64,000 nt of DNA. Source: the human T2T-CHM13v2.0 reference genome, Homo sapiens. Each line of letters opens with the position of its first letter. The stretch's first letter is position 1. The DNA lies in the NCBI RefSeq assembly GCF_009914755.1, contig NC_060948.1, one strand, 5' to 3'. Shown here one piece after another: positions 1 to 12,715 of the stretch. The position numbers were made by a program, and so were the translations under genes. Under the pieces are notes generated by a model, which searched no databases, was not told where the DNA came from, and worked only from the letters and a program-made list of their open reading frames with translations.

Positions 1-3000
1 CTGGCTAAATTGAAGATAACTTATCTTAACATTGTTTAACATGGAGGAGTGCCAGAGGATAACTCAGGCATCCCATCAAGGGCTAGAAGCCAATGCACCA
101 GCTGCAAAAAGTACATGGTTTTGCAGGCACGAATACAACCCAGCTTACAGAAATGGCCACCAAAATGTAGGTTAACCATCACCAGGAAGCAAAGAAAAAA
201 AAAAAAGCAAATCAGAGGTTTAAAAAAGGCCAATCTCTTAGCAGCAGCTCTCATTAAAAAAATGACTAGCAATATACAAGAATGTGGATGTGCACGTGCA
301 TGTGAAAGATGTCAATTTAGTCAAAAATTTAAAAGCCAGCCGAGGCTAGAGAGAAAACAATGTGTGTGATGGAAAAGAAAAATACTGAAAGAATAAATGT
401 CCAGAAGGTAATAAAAAGTATAATCAAGACTGTGGTATAAAAGAGTCCAGCTAAGGGCTGCCTCACTGTGGGAAAACCAAATACGAATCTAAACAGGCTG
501 GCCGGCACTAAAGGATATGGGTACTAGGACAGACCAGGCTTTTTCTTATTACAACTCCATTGGCCCATGGTCACATTAAAAGTTGAAGGCCAGCTGATGG
601 ACTTTATGTAAACACCAGGGCTACACATTCAGTACTGACTCAACCCATAGGGCCACTATCTGAAGCTATAAAACTATTATAAAAGCCACAGGAATCTCAG
701 AGAAAAAAGCTGTTCTGGTAAGGAGGTGTGTCATCAAAGGATGGGAAGTTCAACATAAATTCCTATACCTCCTGAATTGTCCAGTTCCCTTGTTAAGAAA
801 AAAAAAAATTACTCCAAAAACTGAAAGCACCAATTACATTTCAGCTGCAAAAAAAAAAAAAACAACAACTTTTTTTCTGACTCTCCAAAAAAGCATGGTG
901 CTAACCCTTATCATCCTGCAGGCTAAGGAATGGAAACTTTATACAAAGAAAGTGCAAGCAGCAAATTAGAATTGCAGGTGGGATAAAAAAAAATTATTTC
1001 ACTTAGTTAATAACATTTCTGGAGTATGGGTTAAAGGCAACCCACTTGGATTAGCTGTACATCATGCACAGGTGGTAGTCATGTTAAAACCAAAAGAAAC
1101 TCCGACTTGGGTTCATCAGTACCCAGTCCCCTGAGAAGCTATTCCAGGTATCTGTAAATATTTAAACTGGCCTTACCAACATGAAGTCTTAGTTCGATGT
1201 CAATTGCTCTAAAACACTCCACTTTTGGAACATGTGTATTTTAATAAATCTCATTCCAGCAAGTGCTACCTGATTTGCAGTCCTAAATTTAAAGAATGTA
1301 TTCTTTTATATCTGCTTAGCCCCAGTTAGTCACCCTATATTTGCATTTCAATAAAACAAATAAGTTGTTCAACTCACCTGGGCCAGGCTCCCGCAAGTTC
1401 AAAGACTCTCCTACAGTCTTTAGGGAAGCACTGACCTTGAAGCCTACAACCTGCCAAATGTTAACTGTGCCTTGTTGCAGTATGTGGATGACCTTCCTCT
1501 AGCAGCCCCAACCCAGGAGGACTGTTATCAAAAAACTCAAGACCTCCTCCATCTCCTATGAAAAACAGGCTAAAATTATCTTTTAAAAAAGGACCAATTA
1601 TTCTTAAAAATGTCAAATATGTAGGTTTCATAGTAAGCCATGTGGAATGCCAGCTTGGCCATAAGCAGAAACAGGCCGTTTGTACACTCCTGACACAAAC
1701 CACTAGGCATTACATTAAAAAATTCTTAAAAGAAGAAAAATTCCACCATATCTAAATCATAAATTTTTCACTGATGGCTAAGCCATTATATAATATTACA
1801 AAAGGGGTAAAAACGAAACCCTCCTCTGGCAAACTAAACAGCAAATATCATTTAAAAAAATCAAAAAAACCCTTAACTCAAGTCCCAGCCTTTGGTCTGC
1901 CAAATGTAACTTAGCCTTTCTTTCTGTACCTGCATAAATGAAAAGAAATGGCTATGTGGTTCTTAACTGAAATTATAAAATTATAGCATTGTCCAGTCAA
2001 ATACTAATCTAAACAATTAGACTCTGTGGCACTAGGATGGCCTCCTTGCCTTAAGGCATTAGCCACCACTGCCTTGCTAATGCAAGAGGATAACACACTT
2101 ACTTTGAGACAGCAGCTAACAGTCCATGTGCCACACTCAGTCAAAACTTTGATGAACAAATAAGCCATCATTAGTTGTCAAATCTGAGAATAACGCAGTA
2201 CCAAGGACTTCTATATGAAAACCCTTACATTACTTAAAATACAGCAAACAACTTAAGCCCAACCACCCTGCTCCCAGTCAAATTTGATGCTCCCCTCCAT
2301 AACTGTGTCTAAACAGTGGATCACGTATTTGCTGAACCAGGAGATCTTACAGATCAATCCCTCAAAAACCCAGATGTTGAATACTTCATAACTGAAAGAG
2401 TTTTGAGCTAGAAAAAAATCCAACAAGCCGAGTATGCAGTGGTAACATTAAACTCAATGATAGAAGCTCAATCTTTGCCTACTGGAACATGAGACCAAAA
2501 GGCAAAATTAATAGACCGAACAAGAGCCCTTTTGCTGCAAAAGAAAAAAAGGTCAATATTTAAACACATTCTAAATATGCTTTTACCACACTACATGTTC
2601 ATAGAACTATATATAAAAAGAAAATTTCTTAACAACTGGAGGCAAATAAATAAAGTGGACAGAAAAAATCCTACAGCTCTTAGCAGCTGTATATGCTCCA
2701 GAAAAAGTGGCAATAGTGCATTATCTGGAACACCAAAAGGCAGGGAAGTCAAAAGCCAAAAGAAACAGGAAAGCTAACACTTTCCCCACATAACCTTGAT
2801 ATAAAAAAGCACCCAAAAAATGATGCCCACCCTCTACTCATACTACATAGCCCCAAAACAACATAGCCAGGCCCACTGCTACTCAGTTAATAGCTCTAAC
2901 TAAATGTCAACCTGTGCCAAAAGAAGAAAACATGCTTTCCCATAAAGAATAAAATGATACTAATGCCTTCGATTAAATTTATCCTATAAAATGATTTTTT

Positions 3001-3037
3001 AAAAAAACAGAAAAATTTGGCAAGACAAGGGTTCAAA
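1..3037 (+). mobile_element. Class I (gamma-like, ERV3/HERV1-related) endogenous retrovirus internal remnant: gag C-terminus, pro, RT, RNase H; integrase and nearly all env deleted
   Basis: Colinear homology with the provirus at 34270-37070, e.g. ctggctaaattgaagataacttatc..., cccatagggccactatct (648 vs 34825), YVDDLL motif cagtatgtggatgaccttc near 1480, RNase H gagtatgcagtggtaaca. Jumps at ~2780-2870 to the env tail (ctactcagttaatagctctaactaaa, cf. 40351). Many stops and frameshifts. Confidence 0.9.
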
Positions 3038-3520
3038 TGAAAAGAAAACATGTTTTTCTCTGTGTAGCTATCTCACTCCAAGACAGTTATAAAATAACAC
3101 TGTCTAAAAAGTTGAGGCCAAGGGAATGGGTCACAAATACCCTACACTGAAGCAAAGTTCAAAAGGAAAGCAAATTACTTTACTGTCTCTCCTTCTCTGA
3201 AGCATTAATTATGACTATGTTTACCAATGCTTGTATTTCGTAAAATCTGTATGTTCCTGTTTCTCTTTCAACCTAGCTGCAAAACCCAGCTATGCAAGGC
3301 AAGAAGTTATGCAAGTCAACAATTATGCTGTAAATTACATAACTGTTCATTGTATAATTAGTTGCTTTAGGTCTGCTTCTGTAAGTTTGCTCATAAAAAC
3401 CCTGCTCAGTCTTTATTCAATACTCAGCCTTTTTGGATATAAGCTCACTGAGCTGGTGCACCTAAATAAATCCTCCTGTTTCCCCATATCAGCCTCACTC
3501 ATACTCTGTTTCCATCAACA
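3038..3520 (+). mobile_element. 3' LTR of the first ERV
   Basis: Starts TG (tgaaaagaaaac), ends CA (tccatcaaca), has aataaatcctcctgtt polyA-signal region, and resembles the LTR at 40476-41037 (ctcactccaa; ctcagtcttt; aatcctcctgtt). Confidence 0.8.
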
Positions 3521-3546
3521 CCAGTCATATTTCCAAAGTTTTTATC

Positions 3547-3705
3547 TTTTTTTGAGACAGAGTCTTGCTCTGTCACCCAGGCTGGGGTGCAGTCTCACCT
3601 TACCGCAGCCAGTGCCTCCTGGGATGAAGGAATTCTCCTGCCTCAGCCTCCTGAATAGCTGGGACTCCACACACACCACCATGCTTGACTAATTTTTGTA
3701 TTTTT
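3547..3705 (-). mobile_element. Alu (AluS/J-age), right arm only; left arm lies at 15781-15917
   Basis: ttttttgagacagagtcttgctctgtcacccaggctgg...cctcagcctcctgaatagctggg...ctaatttttgtattttta, interrupted at the central A-rich linker by an L1 tail. Confidence 0.9.
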
Positions 3706-6776
<3,071 letters not shown>

Positions 6777-6915
6777 CACCCACTTTCCGACACTCCCCAG
6801 TGAGATGAACCCAGTACCTCGGTTGGAAATGTAGAAATCACCCATCTTCTGCTTCACTCACACTGGGAGCTGCAGGCTGGAGCTGTTCCTATTCACAATC
6901 TTGGCTCCACCCCCA
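6777..6915 (-). mobile_element. L1PA 5' UTR extreme 5' end (~140 bp) fused directly to mid-ORF2
   Basis: Reverse complement reads gggggtggagccaagattgtgaataggaacagctcc...gaggtactgggttcatctcactgggg, then joins ORF2 aagcaagagtaaacacattc. Confidence 0.9.
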
Positions 6916-7500
6916 GTGTGGTTTCTTTTTCTGTGTCAGGTGTTCTCAGTGTTCAGCTCTGACTCATGAGTGAGGAAATGTAGTGTTTGGTTTTCTGTTC
7001 CTGTGTTACTTTGCTGAGGATGATGGTTCCATCTTTATCCATGTCCTTGCAAGAGACATGATCTAATTGCTTTTTGAAGCTGCAAAGTATTTCATTGTGT
7101 ATATGTACTACATTTTATGTATCTAGTTGATAATGTTCTCTGAGTAAAGTCGGCATTTGAGTTGATTCTATGTGTTTGCTGCTGTTAATTGTACTGCAAT
7201 AAACATACACGTGCAGGTATCTTTCAAATATGAAACATTTGTATTTTGGGGGTAGATAGCCAGTAATGACATTGCTCGGTCAATGTTGTTTCTAGATCCT
7301 TGAACAAATTACCACGCTGTCTTCCACAGTGTGGACACTAATTTACTTTCCCACCAACAGTTTAGAAGTCTTCCTGTCTCTCCACAGACTTTCCAGCATC
7401 TGTTATTTCTTGACGTTTTAATAGTCACCATTCTGACAGGCCTGAGGTGGTATCTCATTGTGATTCTGATTTGTATTTCTCTACTGATTAATGATGTTGC
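6916..7500 (-). mobile_element. Older L1PA/L1PB 3' end fragment
   Basis: Diverged 3' UTR and ORF2 C-terminus (MRYHLRPVRMVTIKTSRNNRCWKVCGETG, ORF 7309-7578). Confidence 0.85.
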
Positions 7501-8159
7501 CCTTTCTGAGTTAAAAAAAAACCTTTTAAGAGAAAATAGGTCAAGAAAAAAATCAAGATGATTACTCAAAGACACCACATACAGGGTTTAATTAGATAGA
7601 TTTGATAACAAACATTTATAAGGCCATGAGCAATAGTGTTAGTGCCAAAGCTAAGAACTCTTTAGAATAAGATTAGCTCCTGTTTTACAGTACATGTGTC
7701 ATATCCCTCTGAAGTTTGAAGGACCAATAACTCTTTTCTTACTCTAACCTGGTCTTCCAGTATTAGCTCTTCAATAGCCATTTCACCTGAGTTTTTAACA
7801 CTATTCTGAAAGAAAAATATTATTTGCCCAATTTATAAGATGGAGATACAAAGGGGCTGGAAAGTAGAACAGGAAACAGTTGGTGAAAAATCAGCACTTC
7901 TGTAAAATTTCCACCAACCTTTCTTTTCAAGTGGTTTCTTATTTCTTCTTCAGAACACTCCAGAATAGGAAATTTTAAAGTATTTTCATTGACAAGACAC
8001 AAAGATATTTGCTCTCATTTTAGGCTGTTTCAATTTTTATGTCTTCAGATTTACTGAAGCTCAATCTGTTGTTAAAGTTATTTAATAGTTTTTTTTTAAT
8101 CCAAGTAATTGTGCTTCTTATCTCTAGATTTTTCAGGTTTTCTTTTTTAATTTGTCTTC

Positions 8160-9124
8160 TGGAAGGACTTTTTTAAGGAGTCAGAGGGACCGATGGGGTT
8201 GAGGAGGATACTTATTATGTAGATGCACCGGCCCACTCAGATTAACCTCTGAAGGACTGAGCCCTGAACAAAGAGTTAAGTTACCTTTTAAGCATTCTGC
8301 CTTTTCCCATCAGGCAATACAAGACTTTCCAATTATGGAGATTTGCAACAAGCAAACACTGGCTGAGACTGCTGGCTTTATTGGTAGGGTTTGGCGAAGT
8401 GAAGTTATCTTGTGGCATTAATTCCTTTGCCCCCCCATGGCCACTGGTCCCCCGTATTAGTTCCTACACTTACATAGCATGAGGAAATTCCTCAGCCGCC
8501 AGCTATGTTTTCAGCTAGTTGAACAAACACATTTTTGGTTGATGGGGAAAGCTCAGGCATTGACTGATCAAAATGCTTACTTCTAGCCTTTTTGACAGTT
8601 AGTAGCAGAATTCCAGAGCCAGCTCCTTGTCTATCAACTTGTAATAGTGCTGTGCATCCTTTAGACCAAAAAGGTAGCTCTGGCTTTAAGGAGCTGTGTT
8701 AGTATAGATCACTGAATGTTACAGTCTGGGTATCCGATTTGTGGTCTCCATCTAGATATTTGAGACTGCTGCTGTTAAACCTTTCTTGTGTCAAACCACC
8801 GCGGACTGCTTCTGTTTCTGTTTTGTTTTGTTTTGTTTTAAGATTATGATCATCCCCAGCCTGGCAGGCATCAAAGTACAAGAGAATAGGCCCTTTATAG
8901 GAGGGAGGGGCTTCTTCATGTTGACCTATAAACTCTCCTTCTTTTTCTCCCTCTGATTTAATATGTACCTCAAACCAGAATTCACAGGGTAAGCACTTAG
9001 GGTCATAACATACATATAGCTGATTATTTCCTGGGTCACAGGCTGAATAAGGGGTGATTGGTTTTCTTACATACAACTGAGTTTCTGCTTACACATTCTT
9101 TAATTTCTTTTAATTCCTGTTCCA
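8160..9124 (-). mobile_element. Class I ERV LTR with an env (SU) fragment occupying its interior
   Basis: Termini tggaa...ttcca. Minus strand starts like an LTR U3 (tggaacaggaattaaaagaaattaaagaatgtgtaagcagaaactcagttg) and ends with R/U5-like ctctttgttcagggctcagtc...ccccatcggtccctctgactcc. The interior ORF 8699-9076 (YSACDPGNNQLYVCYDPK..WFEVHI..LYFDAC) is ERV3/HERV-E-type SU, cf. 38580-38740. Confidence 0.8.
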
Positions 9125-11211
9125 ATCTCACTGATATTCCCATGTTGATCTTTTATCTTTCATCTGTCATTTTTTATTTGTTCATACTTAAAACTGCAGG
9201 TTTAAAGTTTTTGTCTAAAAAGTTTAGGACAGTTTCAGTTTGTGTTTTTACTTCACATTAGCCATAAATTTGTGGGATTTTTTGTGCTTTTATTTTTTAG
9301 AATGCTATATTTAAAATATTATAACATGTTAACTCTGATAGTCAGGTATTCTTTATTTATTCAAGATGTGCCCTTTGTTGTTTAAGGCTTAGCTGGAATT
9401 CCAACAGCGTTTTGACAGAGTGTAATATAAAAATATCAATTTTTAAAATTGGGTCTGTATTAACACTCCCCTTTATCATGTAGGGAGATAGCTTAAAATT
9501 CTGCGTTAGCCTTCACTTTCTTCTCACATTAAAATTATAGCTAATTTTCTGAATTAATGCTTAGAGTTTTGCGCATTTTTGAAAATATCTTCTGTTATGT
9601 TTATGTAACTAAGTTTTTAAATACCTCAGGTTATTTTAATACTTTTGAAAGTCAAGATTTTTTTTGAAATAAAGATCTATTCATCTTTTACTTTATTTTA
9701 CACGTTGTCTATTTTATACATCAACGGTATCCTTTGCTCCCAGGACTTAAATGTTAGTTACCTGTGCTTAACATTTTTAACTATAAATCAGTTCTGCATC
9801 AGACAAAACAGAGATAAGTGTGCCTCATCAATAATTTATGTAACCCCTAAAGGGTAGAACAAACTCAATAAATTAGCACAGACATTATTCTTCACACCTT
9901 CCTAGATCAGAAATCCCAGCCTCACTTTGCGAATGTGGAATTTAACTTTTGAAACGTCATCTGTGCCTGGATGGTTGAATGCAAAGACCGCAAAAAATTT
10001 CCCAGCGGTTTCAACTTGTCTTTCTTGATTAACTCTTTGATTGGTTGATATAAATAATTATTGGTTTCCAAGGTCTAGACAATTTTTTTAATTACTTGTT
10101 ATTTATGAAGCGATAATTGTATTTTCACATGAGTTTATTTATATTTAGAAGATTTATAATTTTACCTGTTACTAACGTTGAGTAAAATAAGTCAATCTAC
10201 TAATTTGGATTCCTGAATATTAGGTGGTAATAGTATAAAGTCGGCTTTGTTTTGCTTTTGCTTTGTTCTTAAGTGAGGTTATCAATTCCATATAAAATAC
10301 ATTAGGCAGGATTCTATATTACCAAGTACGTTTTGGTTGTATATAAAAAACTTATAAAATAATTTGCTTACATGGAGACTGTCAATACCTAAATGAAAGA
10401 ACAAGAGAATAAGCCTGTAATTATGCAGTAGGATCAAAAAGTGTAAAGACTCCTGGCATAAGCCTGCTTATCGTGTTAGGAAAAATGGCAAGATCACCGT
10501 GGCTGAAGCATAGTGTGGAAGGGGAACAATTATTGATGAGCTCATGGAGCTGACACACATTCCTTGTGATTTTCTAGGGTTTTCTATAGATCAATAGATT
10601 TTACTCTAAGCCTGATTCATGACTGGGAGTGGAATTCTTAAGGTTGCTTTTAGCATCTAGTGGTTAGATGCTACAAATGAAGATAAATATTCTAAAATCT
10701 AAGTATTTTAATATCTAGAGTCTCAGGTGCCTATAAAAAATTGATAGCGTTGGACTATATCTTCTGAAAATTGTAAAGAAAGGCGTACATGTAGAACTTT
10801 CTGATATTATATTTTCAAGGTTTCTTAACCCAATCTGTGTTTTTTATAAATCAGAGATGTTAAGAAGCTTTTGAAAAATTTGGTTGTTCAAGTTGAGATA
10901 AATGGGGTGAAGTCAATTATGTTGATTTATGATTAGAAGCTAAACCATAGAGTTTATATTTCTCCCCTTTTCTTTCTCATTACATTTTTATAATTTCTGT
11001 GCAACGCTAATATAGCAAATGAAACTGTAGACAGTCTAAGTTTCTGGGGTCCCAAGAAAGAAAATTCAGTCACTGATGATTGGTGAAGAGCTAAATTTCA
11101 CTACAGCTGGAAGGCATACACAATACACATCAACATATGTATATTGGCACACCACATTATGCATACACATTATGCCTAACGTTTTTATAAGACAGATACT
11201 GAATGTGTCTT

Positions 11212-12033
11212 TTTGTGTGTGTGTGTGTGTGTGTGAACATTTTTCTTTTTTTATTATTATACTTTAAGTTTTAGGGTACATGTGCACATTGTGCAGGTTA
11301 GTTACATACGTATACATGTGCCATGCTGGTGCGCTGCACCCACTAACTCGTCATCTAGCGTTAGGTATATCTCCCAATGCTATCCCTCCCCACTCGCCCC
11401 ACCCCTCAACAGCCCCCAGAGTGTGATATTCCCCTTCGTGTGTCCATGTGATCTCATTGTTCAATTCCCACCTATGAGTGAGAATATGCAGTGTTTGGTT
11501 TTTTGTTCTTGTGATAGTTTACTGAGAATGATGATTTCCAATTTCATCCATGTCCCTACAAAGGACATGAACTCATCATTTTTTATGGCTGCATAGTATT
11601 CCATGGTGTATATGTGCCATATGCAGCCAAAAAACACATGAAAAAATGCTCATCATCACTGGCCATCAGAGAAATGCAAATCTAAACCACAATGAGATAC
11701 CATCTCACACCAGTTAGAATGGCAATCATTAAAAAGTCAGGAAACAACAGGTGCTGGAAAGGATGTGGAGAAATAGGAACACTTTTACACTGTTGGTGGG
11801 ACTGTAAACTAGTTCAACCATTGTGGAAGTCAGTGTGGCGATTCCTCAGGGATCTAGAACTGGAAATACCATTTGACCCAGCCATCCCATTACTGGGTAT
11901 ATACCCAAAGGACTATAAATCATGCTGCTATAAAGACACATGTACACGTATGTTTATTGCGGCATTATTCACAATAGCAAAGACTTGGAACCAACCCAAA
12001 TGTCCAACAATGATAGACTGGATTAAGAAAATG
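11212..12033 (-). mobile_element. 5'-inverted (twin-primed) truncated L1PA2-like insertion with 12-bp TSD
   Basis: 3' UTR on - strand 11240-11619, ORF2 C-terminal CCHC segment on + strand 11620-12033 (ORF 11692). TSD tgaatgtgtctt at 11200-11211 and 12032-12043. Young diagnostics: gtgcagcgcacc, gacgagttag, gagatcacatggacac. Confidence 0.95.
11214..11235. repeat. (TG)n microsatellite in the L1 tail region
   Basis: tgtgtgtgtgtgtgtgtgtgtg between the left TSD and the L1 poly(T). Confidence 0.95.
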
Positions 12034-12715
12034 AATGTGTCTTATGATACAAAAGTTGCTAGAATCTTGTAATAAAGAAGCCAAGCAAATACCAGGTTTT
12101 CAAGAATTATAGTTGGGGCTAGATAATTCTTCTTTTGCAGAAGCTGTTAAACAGAAATAACCGTCAAGTACTCTCTACTGTTTAAGAAAGATATTTGATA
12201 GATGATTTTAAAGTAGACATCCAGGATTCAATATATTTATGCTCTTTCTTGTTTTAAAAGAATCCAAACAAATAAGCACCTGACGTACAGGTTCTCTTCT
12301 TAATGCTAGAGAGTAATCCACAAAGCAAAACCCCTACAGAGACAGACTTTGCTTTCTCCCTGAGATTAAAAGATTGCTGCTCAATACAAAAAAAAAAAAA
12401 GTTATTTAATATATGAAGGAAAAGCTATGCTAGTTAGGCACATTCTTGGGACCAGGCAGACAATGTGAAATCTAGACATTAGCAGACTTTAAGTGGTGTA
12501 TGTGGGCTGGCATTATTGATAGAATTCAAGTTATTCCGGGCTAAATTGTATGTAGAGAAATATATTTGTTGGAGTTTTTACTTGGCTCAGTAATTTTTCA
12601 ATGAGTCAGAGATCCAGATATTGGTACATTTTAACTGGTGTAAGTGCATTGGCATTATTTATGGAAATCAAGTTATTCAAATGAAACTTGTAGCTAGGGA
12701 GGTGTATTTCTTAAT

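Noticed and set aside
6777-6915. Spliced L1 retrocopy (SpIRE)
   Set aside because: The known 5' UTR donor is retained inside the fragment and the junction does not follow a GT-AG pattern.
7820-8002. Possible XKRY or other Y-gene fragment (60-aa ORF)
   Set aside because: No recognisable protein match; the surrounding T-rich sequence looks like degraded L1M.
12200-12700. Possible exon after tctttcttgttttaaaag
   Set aside because: Stops in the frames I examined and no recognisable homology; not supportable without a search.
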